Shown here: one piece after another, positions 54,484 to 64,000 of the stretch
Layout: every line of letters begins with the position of its first letter
Numbering within the stretch: the stretch's first letter is position 1
Source of the DNA: an uncultured Nitrospinota bacterium
Lineage (GTDB): Bacteria; Tectomicrobia; Entotheonellia; J063; CAVPRW01
Reading direction: 5' to 3'
NCBI GenBank assembly: GCA_963707985.1
Contig: CAVPRW010000048.1
Location: forward strand, 32,001-96,000
Length of the DNA stretch: 64,000 nt
Made by a program: the position numbers and the translations under genes
Notes under the pieces: generated by a model
The model's database searches: none
Told to the model about the DNA's origin: nothing
What the model saw: the letters and a program-made list of their open reading frames with translations, nothing else

Positions 54484-55293
54484 CTATCTGCTTGGCGGCA
54501 GACCGACTCCCTGCAACACATAGGCTTCCTCACAGCTGACCTCGTGATGGAGGTCACCAAAGACTGATTGAGCCCAACTGCGAAGCCCCTCGATAATGGC
54601 GCGCTGGACAACAGCAGGCACGTCAAGGCCAGCCAGCCCTGGCTTTGATTGCCAGGCCTCGATCGACTGCCAAGGCGTCCTCGTCACGGTCCAGCGCACG
54701 ACAACCACCGGATCGAGTACCGTTCCACCCCGCTGCGCAAAGGCGGTTAGGAGCTGGCGCTGATGTTGCTCGCCGGCGTGACTTGAGAACCCTTGTTGAC
54801 GGAGTAAACGCTGCATCGTCTGTTGCAGCAGGGTAGGGAGGCTGTCCCTCGGGCGTTGAATCCGACCGATGATGAGACTGGCGCCATCCGGCTGCGCCAC
54901 GCGGCAGCTCTCGTCCACAACATGTGTCAGGTCAAGCAAATGGAGAGCCCGCGAGCTGAAGATGACCCTCACCACGCCATCGGCAAGCGGCCATAGATGA
55001 TCGCCGTCGGCTTGCAGCAGGAGCGACATGTGGTTCGACGCAGCCATGCGTCGGTGAAAGGCCGCCAGCATAGCGCGTGACAGATCGACACCCAAGTATC
55101 GCAGCGGCGGACGGGCCAGCCAGGTGCCGAGCATTCCAGTGCCTGCCCCTACTTCGAAGATGAGATCCCCGGGCATCGCCTCTGCCAGCCTCAGCACAGC
55201 TTGTGCGATTGCCTGGCAGTGCTGCTCGGAGACACCAGCACGCCGGTCAAACGTAGCAGCCTGAGCGTCAAAAGTAGTTGGACGGTTGGTCAT
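54484..55293 (-). CDS. Class I SAM-dependent methyltransferase
   Basis: EVGAGTG, GVDLSRAML, LLQADG. Confidence 0.88.
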   Translation of the reverse strand: MTNRPTTFDAQAATFDRRAGVSEQHCQAIAQAVLRLAEAMPGDLIFEVGAGTGMLGTWLARPPLRYLGVDLSRAMLAAFHRRMAASNHMSLLLQADGDHLWPLADGVVRVIFSSRALHLLDLTHVVDESCRVAQPDGASLIIGRIQRPRDSLPTLLQQTMQRLLRQQGFSSHAGEQHQRQLLTAFAQRGGTVLDPVVVVRWTVTRTPWQSIEAWQSKPGLAGLDVPAVVQRAIIEGLRSWAQSVFGDLHHEVSCEEAYVLQGVGLPPSR

Positions 55294-55377
55294 CTCACCA
55301 CCAAGGGCGATGGCCCCGATCACGGTCTATGAACCGGAGGCGCACATCGCTCCCATCTTATATGCCTGGGGACACGG

Positions 55378-55533
55378 CTAGACGGCAGGAATAAAATGAT
55401 CCGGCACACACTCAGTCCCTCTAGACCGTGCCTTCCCATAGTAATGGTCTTGAGGACAGACGACCTGGATGTTTTGCATCATGCCGCGGTCTTCGTGGCC
55501 AAGAATGTGGCAGTGCAGCACAAACTCGCCGAT
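55378..55533 (-). pseudogene. Multicopper oxidase C-terminal fragment
   Basis: Manual translation: IGEFVLHCHILGHEDRGMMQNIQV (HCHxxxHxxxGM copper motif). Confidence 0.8.
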
Positions 55534-55592
55534 GCAGTCGGTCTTCCCTCTCCGTTGTGTGAGCCATAGGCGTCGTAACTCCCAGGACCATG

Positions 55593-56408
55593 TCAGTCGG
55601 CATAAATCAGGGTTCCCACATCTTCCCCCTGCAGTGCCCTACTTAGGTTTCCCGGCTTGAGGCCATTGATCACCCGAATCGAACGCCGGTGGTGGGCGTG
55701 CTGCATCATTTCCAGGACCGGCCGCTCGACGACCACATCCTGGAGATCAAGCGCGTTGAGCTCAGCCACTGAGATGCTTTTGATGAATTTGGCGTGCCGA
55801 TCTTTCTTGGGATCGGCGGTATAGAGGCCATCCTCGTCCTTGACGAAGATCATCGATCTGGCGCCAAACACCTCGCTGACTAGATAGGCCCCTGTGTCAG
55901 TGCGGTGAGGTGGAATCCGCCCGAGCGGGGGATTCTCGTGCCAGAAGTTATAGGGCGGCATGCCAAAGAAAATCACGGCGCCGCGCTCGGCCAGGTAGTG
56001 CGGCAGCTGGGCAAACTGGGCGGGTTCGATGAAGGGGATACCGTACTTGGCCAGGAGGTAATTCAACATGCGGGCGTTTTGCATACTCACGAAGGTGCCT
56101 AGCACACTCAGCACGCCGGTGGGCAACCCTAGATCGAGCCCGACGCTATAAGCATGCCGTGCTCGGCTGCCACCCCCGGTGCCGATGATCATGTCGTGTT
56201 GCCCCAGGTTGGCCGCGATCTCCTCAATTAATGGGAAGACCGCCACTCGGCCGCGATCGATGAAACTCTGCCCACCGACCTTGATGACGTTGGCCTTGGG
56301 AAGAATCGGCAGCGGTGGCTCCAGACCCGTGCGTGCGAGCAGCTGTGCATCGCTGAGCGACCCCTCGACAAGATATTGACCCAGTGCAGAAAGCAGCTCA
56401 CGTGCCAT
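55593..56408 (-). CDS. mosB: Molybdenum storage protein beta-subunit-like (amino acid kinase fold)
   Basis: VIKVGGQSFIDRGR.AV.PL, GTGGGSRARH, GMPPY, IPPHRTDTG, MIFVKDEDGLYTADP, NGLKPGNLSRAL.GEDVGT. Confidence 0.8.
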   Translation of the reverse strand: MARELLSALGQYLVEGSLSDAQLLARTGLEPPLPILPKANVIKVGGQSFIDRGRVAVFPLIEEIAANLGQHDMIIGTGGGSRARHAYSVGLDLGLPTGVLSVLGTFVSMQNARMLNYLLAKYGIPFIEPAQFAQLPHYLAERGAVIFFGMPPYNFWHENPPLGRIPPHRTDTGAYLVSEVFGARSMIFVKDEDGLYTADPKKDRHAKFIKSISVAELNALDLQDVVVERPVLEMMQHAHHRRSIRVINGLKPGNLSRALQGEDVGTLIYAD

Positions 56409-56827
56409 GGCAGCTCAATCTCCTATGCAGTAGGGTTGCCTTGGATAGGCTCATGGTGGGCACACCTCATGCCTCCGGAGCCGTGCATGGTCGTGTTTAC
56501 ACCGCAGGGTGCCTGGCCCAATCGGCAGGTGTCATCGCCCCATTATACGGGATGATTCGGGTTGATGATAGCGCGCGTGAAAAATGTGTCACTGCGAAAA
56601 ATATGAATATGGCTGTAACACATCTCGTGCATCCGTGTGGTCTCGGATGCCGAAGAGTCATGAACGGCAGTATTAATGATTAAAAGCAAATTTTGATCAT
56701 TTTTAAAAATTATGATAAGGTTGCGTCATTCGCGGGATGAAGGCAGTTCTTTATCCCCAAAGTTTGGATCATCCAGTGATCTGCCGAATTTTTCGGAGAG
56801 GCTTCGAGCATTGCCTGGAGGGCTGCC

Positions 56828-58032
56828 CATGCCAGAGACTGGGCCATTGGCTCAGGCACAAGAGATCGCAGTTAGTGTGCACCATCATCGTCCAGTGATC
56901 CTGATCGTTGACAATGAGCGAGGAGTACATGAGTTCTGTCACGCCCTGCTCGGCGATCAGTATGATCTTTTGGGAGCCCATGATGGCCCGGCTGCTCTTG
57001 GGACTCTCGACTCCCATGACGTTGATCTGGTCTTGCTCGATCTTCGACTGCCGGGTGTCTACGGCCTAGAATTATTAGCCCAGATCAACGATACGCGACC
57101 GCAGATCAAGGTGATCATTCTGACGGCGGTCTTGTCCGTACGCACGGCAGTGGAGGCGATGAGGAATGGTGCCTTCCATTATCTCACCAAACCATTCAGT
57201 GGCGAGGAACTATGCCTCCTGATCAAGGCAGCTCTACGTAGTGATCAGGACGATGCCCGCGTCTTGTCCAGGCGCCACCGGGCTTCACGTCATGCCCAGG
57301 GTGGCGGAGCGAGTGTGCTCTTCGTGGGGAGTGCACTGGGGCCATTGGTCACGTTGAAGCTGATGCTCGAGCAGTACGTCATGGCCGATGTTGCGGCGAA
57401 TACTACTATCGCCCTACGCTGGCTCTCACAACATCTCCCCGCACTACTCGTGGTGCATGAATCGCTACTGTCTGCCGACCGAACCCGCCTGGTCCGTATC
57501 GTGCAGTCGATGGCTCCCACTTGCCCTGTGTTCCTCATCTCCGGCAGCGAGGCAAACTCTCAGCTGCCTGTAGAGCTCGCCTCGCTGCCAATGTATAGGC
57601 TCACTGGCGACCCAGACTCTCTCGATAGACTCTTGCAAGAGCTGATTGAAGTGCTTGCCATCAGGCATACCGCAGTAGCCCCTCCACCAGCCTTCAGCCC
57701 ATACGTCGTCAAAGCACTATCCTATATCAGCACCCATTATGCCGAGGCTTTGCAGGTTGTCACAGTCGCGGAGGCGATTGGGGTGTCGGCAGGGTCATCT
57801 TGCACACCTCCTCCCCGTCGAGCTACGGGTAACGGTAAAGGAATATGTCACGAAGGTTCGAATCGAAGTGGCCAAACAGCTGCTCCATGAGCGCGGATGT
57901 ACACTCGATCATATCGCGGAGCAGGTGGGCTTTAGCGACGCCTCTCATTTCTCGCGAGTGTTTTTCCGGTATGCCGGATACCGTCCAGGTACGTATCGCC
58001 GCTATATCTTGAGCACCTTGGGTCCGTATTAA
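56828..58032 (+). CDS. Response regulator: REC, degenerate REC and AraC HTH (frameshift near 57795)
   Basis: DLVLLDLRLP, YLTKPF; RIEVAKQLL..IAEQVGFSDASHFSRVF. Confidence 0.85.
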
Positions 58033-58396
58033 CCTCTATGCCGGTTTCCGTATCCCTCAGCTCCCGCTCGGAGACTGCTGGCAGATTGGCGACATCCTTG
58101 CCAACGTGGCCCCGTTGCACCCCTACTCGTTCTACCCCATGGTTGCCGGTGGGGGCAGTCTGACACTTGACTTCACCAAATTTCTGCCCAGCACCGGCCC
58201 GCGCTTGCCTGATCTACAAGTGCTCCATTCCCAGATGGCCAAAGTCGCGTCTAACTCGAAGATGCTCTCGATTGCTTCTAGGGTAGCACAAAACTGAGGG
58301 ATGACTACCTCGCCGGGGCCACACTGACGCTGCAGCCGGTCCCAGGGCTCGATCTGCACGTGATCTGCGAAGACTCATGTACTTACGAAGCGTAGC

Positions 58397-58891
58397 CTAC
58401 TGCGAAGTCACAGTAGAGGAACCTTCATATCCCGTATCTGCGGGCAAGTTCGGCAGTTGCGCGGCCTGGAACGCGAGTCGATCGCAGCGCTCATTCTCTG
58501 CATGACCTGCATGCCCTTTGATCCACTTGAAACGCACCCGGTGCCGCTCACAGAGTCGAAGCAATTCTTCCCAAAGATCCCGATTTTCCGCCAATTGTTT
58601 GTTCGGGCGATGCCAATCGTTGGCACGCCAGCGGCGTGCCCAGCCCTTCTCGACGGCGTTGACCACGTATTGAGAGTCGCTAAAAAGCTCTACTTCACAA
58701 GGCTTCTTTAGCGCCGCCAAGCCTTTGATGGCCGCGGTTAGCTCCATCCGATTATTCGTGGTCAGCCGGTAGCCTCCCGACAACTCTTTGCGGTGATCGC
58801 CGTACAGCAACACGACTCCATACCCGCCTGGGCCAGGATTCCCGAGACAGGCGCCATCCGCATAGATCATTATATGTATCAAGGGAGCCAT
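58397..58891 (-). CDS. rnhA: Ribonuclease HI
   Basis: [45 protein letters not shown]. Confidence 0.97.
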   Translation of the reverse strand: MAPLIHIMIYADGACLGNPGPGGYGVVLLYGDHRKELSGGYRLTTNNRMELTAAIKGLAALKKPCEVELFSDSQYVVNAVEKGWARRWRANDWHRPNKQLAENRDLWEELLRLCERHRVRFKWIKGHAGHAENERCDRLAFQAAQLPNLPADTGYEGSSTVTSQ

Positions 58892-58988
58892 ACTGTTATC
58901 AGAGATCAATGCCTTTTGTCGTGCTTGACCGCCCTTGAATGCGCGCTGTTGCCCGGGGTGAACAGGTGGGCCGGTGATTTGGCGATAT

Positions 58989-59792
58989 TCACCCGACCGT
59001 CTTTACAAAGTCTCGCCAAATGGCCACGCATTGGGCTGGGGCCGAATGTTGTACATATCCACTGGCCCCTGGCACCTCGACCAACCGTGCCTTCGGCAAC
59101 AGCTCGGCCAGGCTGCGCGTCCGCTCGGATGTGTTCATGGTGCTGCCCTCGCCCACCAGCACGAGCGCTGGCGCAGTGATCTGCGGCAGGATGGGGGTTA
59201 AATCGACGCTTGAGAGATACGCCAAGGTTTCCAGCACCACATGCTGCGCGGTCTGGCTCATTTGTTGAACATACCAGGCACTATGCTGAGGATCCGATTT
59301 GCCCGGTTCTAAACGTCGGTCTGCCGTCTGCCGCACCCAGGCCTCGACGCCCTGTTCCTGCACTAGCTTATAGTAATCCAGATAGGACTGCACGCCGCGA
59401 AATTTGTAGGGCGACGTTGCTGTGGTGACCGTATGCAGGCGATCGGGGAATTGATAGGCAAACTGCAGGGCGACGGTGCCGCCAATCGTTTCCCCCACGA
59501 CATGCGCCTGGTCAATGCCCAGGTGATCCATGAGATGGACCAGATCCGTGGCAAATCCCTCTAACGACCATTGATAGCCGGGTGCGGGAATCGACGATCG
59601 GCCGAAGCCTCTTGCATCTATCCGAATCACGCGGTAATCTCGCGCCAATAATGGGACCCAAGCATACCACAGGCGGGCATTCTTGGCATTCCCATGATGG
59701 AGGATGACCGTCTCTGCCGTCGTCCACGGGTCGGTATAATCGTCATCCTCGTAATACATCTGTAAGTCGCCAGGGAGCTGTACGATGGGCAT
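58989..59792 (-). CDS. Alpha/beta hydrolase (GETIGG in place of GxSxG)
   Basis: [25 protein letters not shown]. Confidence 0.85.
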   Translation of the reverse strand: MPIVQLPGDLQMYYEDDDYTDPWTTAETVILHHGNAKNARLWYAWVPLLARDYRVIRIDARGFGRSSIPAPGYQWSLEGFATDLVHLMDHLGIDQAHVVGETIGGTVALQFAYQFPDRLHTVTTATSPYKFRGVQSYLDYYKLVQEQGVEAWVRQTADRRLEPGKSDPQHSAWYVQQMSQTAQHVVLETLAYLSSVDLTPILPQITAPALVLVGEGSTMNTSERTRSLAELLPKARLVEVPGASGYVQHSAPAQCVAIWRDFVKTVG

Positions 59793-59946
59793 TTGTGTCC
59801 CCTTCTTTCTTAGATCGGCAGGGGAGCTTCGGCGATATCGGTCGGAAGTTCGACCCCGAAGGGATGACGGTCCCGGGCCAACGAGCACCCATTTCCTGGT
59901 CCCAACCACACCCAAGTTCCCGCCGCTGGGGTATGGGCGGGGCTGC

Positions 59947-61580
59947 TCACGATGTGACCCTTAAGCTTTCAAATCGCCTTTGCTCACCGCGTGCACTTTC
60001 GGCTGATACGGCCTCTGTCTGGGGCGTGGATGGGGCCTGATACTTCCGACGTCGCCAAAAGGGCAGGGCGGGAAAGAGGCAGAAGATCGCCACCATCGCA
60101 TTGAACCAAAAGAAGTCCTGCCAGGCTGCCGTGCTGGCTTCAGCGAAAAGACGATCCCTGATCAGCGCCATGGTCTTGGTCGGGATCAGCGCCGCGATCT
60201 CCCCCGACCATTGTAGTGTTTGCTGCAAACCACGGAGCGCCCCAGCAATATCCGAAGGAATCCAGCGGGGTCTCCTCGGCAAACTGCTGGAGGTGGAAAT
60301 TGTAGCGCTGGTCCCAGAGGACCGCCGCTACGGCTGTGCCCACGGCGTTGGCGATGCTGCGGAGCACGCCGGACAGCGCCGTGGCCATATACACTTTGTT
60401 TTCCGGGAGCGCCTCCAGAGTTGCCAGGTTATTGGGGGAGACAATGAGCGCTTCAGCGATGAAGCGAACCATCAAGAAACTCGTGATCATGGACAGCGTT
60501 GTAACCTCGCTGATCCCGCTAAACCCCAAAAACCCAGCTGCGTACATGACCAGCCCAGACAGCACCAGCACATAGGCCGGCACCCGATCGGAGAGACGTC
60601 CGACAATGAGCACAGCCGCACCATAGACCAGGTTAGGGGCCATCTGCACGTAGGCCACCGATAGGGGCTCCAACCCCATGAGCCGCTGCAGCAGGACAGA
60701 CACCATGGGGCCGGTGCCGCGAAAGGTCATGGTGGTCAGGAACAAGACGATCATCGCCATGACAAACGGCACAGAGCTAAACAGCCGCAGCTCCACCAGC
60801 GGTTGCGGATGGCAGAGCTCGACCACCACCCAGGCCACAGCCGCCACACCAACGATGGCTAAAGAGGGTGAGGATATACTGCGAGTCCCAGCCCTGGCGA
60901 TTCCCCTGGCTCAGAGCTATGAGCAGCGTGGAGATCACGACGGTGATCGTCACTGCACCGAAGTAATCCAGGCGCCGTCGCTCGGGACGACGGAGGTTTG
61001 GTAACAACCAATAGGCCAGAATGAACCCCAGCGCACAAAGAGGCAGGGTGATACCATAGACCACTCGCCAGGACGCGAACGACAGCAAATTGCCCCCCAT
61101 GAAAGGGCCAAACGCCGGGCCGATCGACCAGCCCATCAAGGCGAACCCGAGTGCCATGCCGCGCTTGCCCGGCGGGAAAATTTGATAGAAAATAGCCTGA
61201 GAGAGTTGTGGGATCAACCCCCCACCGGCCCCGGACAGCATGCGAAAGAAGATCAAGGAGGGCCAGTCCCAGGCAAGCATGCTCCCCAACGATCCGACGG
61301 TCATACACCCTATACACAGTAAATAGAGTGTGCGCGGACCAAACCTGCCACTCAGCCACCCAGTGGCAGCCATGGCCACCGTGCGCACAATGCCAGGAGC
61401 GGTCAGGACCCAATGGATCTGGTACACTTCGACACGCAGGTTGGTCATGATTTGGGGGAGGATCAGCGTGGTGTTAGAGGCATCGATCGCGAAGGTGATG
61501 AGCCCCAGGCCCAAGATCGCGGTGGTAAGCCCCCGCTCGCGGGGACTGAGCTGCGCTGAGAGACTCGTCTGGGTCTGCAT
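59947..61580 (-). CDS. DHA2/EmrB-type MFS efflux transporter, frameshifted
   Basis: GWLSGRFG, IGPAFGPFMGG, WRVVY, PLVELRLF. Confidence 0.85.
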
Positions 61581-61694
61581 GATACCTCACCAATCTATCT
61601 GTGCACGGAGCACCTCCTGTATATAGAGCTGAATCCGCGAGATGTCCAGGGCAAAGTGTATCGCAGGTGCGACGCCATTGCCCTGTGGCCTAGC

Positions 61695-62060
61695 CTATTC
61701 CTCGCGAGCGTGCAGGTCGGCGACGATGCCCTGCTGTTCGGCAAGGTGCCAGAGGGCTTTTTGCAGCATCCTTCTGCCACGATGGAGGCGCGACTGCACG
61801 GTTCCGACGGGGCAACCCACCATTTCCGCGATCTCCTAAGGCGAAAACTCCTCCATAAAATAGAGCGCCGAAACGACCCGGTAGTCCTCGGGCAACGCAG
61901 CAATGGCGCGACAAATTTGTTCCGCCTCGACTCGACTCGAGCACCAGTGCGGCCGGATCGGAGCTCGAAGCATGTAAACCCATCTCCTGGGTCTGCTTGA
62001 ACAGATAGAGCGCCGGGGCGTCTTCGAGATCGGGGAGGGCATCGATCCCAGGTTCGCACT
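61695..62060 (-). pseudogene. ECF sigma factor region-4 remnant
   Basis: [43 protein letters not shown]. Confidence 0.75.
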
Positions 62061-62218
62061 GCCGCTTGCGGTAGGTATGAATAAACAGATTCGTGAGGAT
62101 GCGTAGGTGGGCGACCGATCATTCGTGAGCCAAATACCTAGCTCTCGACCTTGTCGGGGTTAATCGGATTCACAAGGATAGGATGCACAGGGGGGAATCA
62201 AGCGGGGGCCATTGGTCA

Positions 62219-62807
62219 TCAACCTTTGGCAGGGATCTCAGAAACAACCTGGCCACTCTGGATTTCCAACCTACGCGGCTGTCCGGGATTCGGTCTCCCC
62301 GGTGTTTGACCGAGGAGAATGATTTCGGCATGAAGACGGTTGGGGGTCAGTTCCAGAAGGCCTACCGTGCCCAGACGCAAATCCTTGTGCTGCGGAAAGG
62401 TGGGGCTGCCGCTATTGAGTAACTACTACGTCGTCACGGAATTCCAGTCGTTCTTGATGCGTATCGCCTGCGATCATGATATCCACCGGTGCAGGGAAGA
62501 GCTGCTGCAGCTCAACTATCGGCCGGAAACCACGCTGGAGACTATGGATCATGCCGAGGCGCCAGCCATGCACCTCCATCACATGCACGTCCAGGCAGCG
62601 GGAATCCACGATGGGATCATTATTGCCCGTGGTGCAGACCACAGGGGCAAAGCGTTCAAGCCAGTCCAAGACCATTGGTGAGGTCAAATCACCGCTGTGG
62701 AGGATCAGGTCCACGCTGGAGAAAAACCTGGCGGGTTCGGGGCCCAGTTCGTCGAGTTGACGAATCAGGTTCGGAAGATGGGTATCTGAGACAATACCTA
62801 TGCGCAT
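62219..62807 (-). CDS. YfcE-type metallophosphoesterase, frameshift near 62420
   Basis: SDTH, HSGDL, GNND, GDTH, NSGSPT. Confidence 0.85.
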
Positions 62808-63198
62808 GCGGAGACCATACGCGTCTCAATGCTGGGAGTCAAGCTCAAAGATGGCTGAGCTGAGGCGCTACCTGGCGTTGCTGACGCATACGGTCTATAC
62901 GAATCGGGCAGGGCATGATCTGGCCTCCAAGCGGATGGATGACAGTTTCGTTGGATTGACAGGCGTGCCAAAAAGCCTCTTTCACGATACCGCAGAAGGT
63001 GCTAGAGTTGCAGGCCAATCGGCCGCTGGTGGTGAACCGACGAGTCGAGCAGGCCCCAGCTGCTAGACACCGATTCGCCGCGCTATAGCATGGTAGAGAA
63101 CCGCTACGGAGTCATCACATTGACGGAGTCTCGTCACCACTATACCGGATGTGAAGCTAGCACAATGCTGGCTTCTCCTCCACGCAAAGGAATCTCTT

Positions 63199-64000
63199 AT
63201 GCCATACGCCAACGTTCACGGTGTAAACCTGTTCTACGAGGATTACGGCCAAGGCCCAGCAGTCATTCTGACCCCTGGCGGTCGGGTGGACCGCAATGGG
63301 CTGCGCCCCATCGCCGCACTGCTGTCGCCGAAGTGTCGCGTTATCCTGCACGACCGTCGCAACTGTGGTCGGTCTGACGTGGTCATCGGCGGGGAGCTCT
63401 CGGAACAGCACCTATGGGCCGAGGAGATGGCGGGCCTTCTGGTGCAGATCGGTGCCACTCCAGCCTATGCTGCTGGCGGGTCCGCTGGTTCGAGGACCTC
63501 GTTAACTTTGGCCGTGCGACATCCTGAGGTGGTCAAGGGTGTGTTTATCTGGGAGGTCAGCGGCGGACCAAAGAGTGGAGAGCTGATGGCTCCCGGCTAC
63601 TATGGGCAATACATCGAGGCGGCGGAGCGGGGCGGGATGGCCGCAGTCGCGGAAACAGAGTTCTTCGCGCAGCGCCTTCAAGACAATCCTTCGAATCGCC
63701 AACGACTGCTGGCCATGGACGTCAGGGAATTTTGTGCCGTCATGCGACGTTGGGCCGCAGCTTTTACCGCCCCCAACCCGGTCAGCGACCTCACCGAAGA
63801 ACAGCTCAAGACCATCACGTGCCCCATGGTGATCTTTGCCGGCAACACGCCTGATGACGTGCACCACAAGTCAGCCGCAGAAGCCGTGCAGCGCTTGGTC
63901 CCCCATGCGGAGCTGCGACCGTCCGCCTGGACGCATGAGGAGTGGGATGTCATCGGGCAGCACGATCACACCTTTCCTGGGATCGCCGCAACCAACCGCT
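63199..64000 (+). CDS. Alpha/beta hydrolase, 3' end beyond window
   Basis: MPYANVHGVNLFYEDYGQGP.., HDRRNCGRSD, GGSAGSR. Confidence 0.85.
   Translation, partial: MPYANVHGVNLFYEDYGQGPAVILTPGGRVDRNGLRPIAALLSPKCRVILHDRRNCGRSDVVIGGELSEQHLWAEEMAGLLVQIGATPAYAAGGSAGSRTSLTLAVRHPEVVKGVFIWEVSGGPKSGELMAPGYYGQYIEAAERGGMAAVAETEFFAQRLQDNPSNRQRLLAMDVREFCAVMRRWAAAFTAPNPVSDLTEEQLKTITCPMVIFAGNTPDDVHHKSAAEAVQRLVPHAELRPSAWTHEEWDVIGQHDHTFPGIAATNR

Noticed and set aside
55421..55603. 60-aa ORF as a RiPP precursor for the methyltransferase
   Set aside because: It is a shadow of the multicopper-oxidase fragment in another frame.
1..64000. tRNA or rRNA genes
   Set aside because: No cloverleaf or rRNA-like sequence was recognised by eye.

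Overview
GC-rich bacterial chromosomal window. The gene content and IS types resemble soil Tectomicrobia-like genomes, which is an inference and not verifiable here. Housekeeping and metabolic genes lie at both ends: an acyl-CoA dehydrogenase pair and a YkgJ protein on the left; rnhA, hydrolases and an MFS pump on the right. About 4.5-31 kb and 45-55 kb form a heavily rearranged accessory mosaic. It contains nested IS elements with readable TIRs/TSDs (IS4/IS701-like, IS66), fragments of ISKra4, ISL3, IS1, IS110, IS1595 and IS6, and a decayed class C group II intron. It also holds integron gene cassettes with attC sites but no integrase (RelE/Phd TA, Abi-alpha-like) and four copies of a 110-bp IS6-type MITE at junctions between unrelated, mostly truncated segments; two copies bracket a liv-type ABC operon. 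A PspA/YbjN/DUF1517/DUF350 envelope-stress cluster, a two-component/sigma54 cluster and an orphan molybdenum-storage MosB homologue are also present. The most striking signal is that decayed mobile-element ORFs differ from their family consensus almost only by A->C / T->G transversions, suggesting a strong MutT-like mutator or a RIP-like targeted mutagenesis. Many single-base frameshifts in otherwise intact host genes may be sequencing errors. All family assignments come from motif recognition, not database searches.
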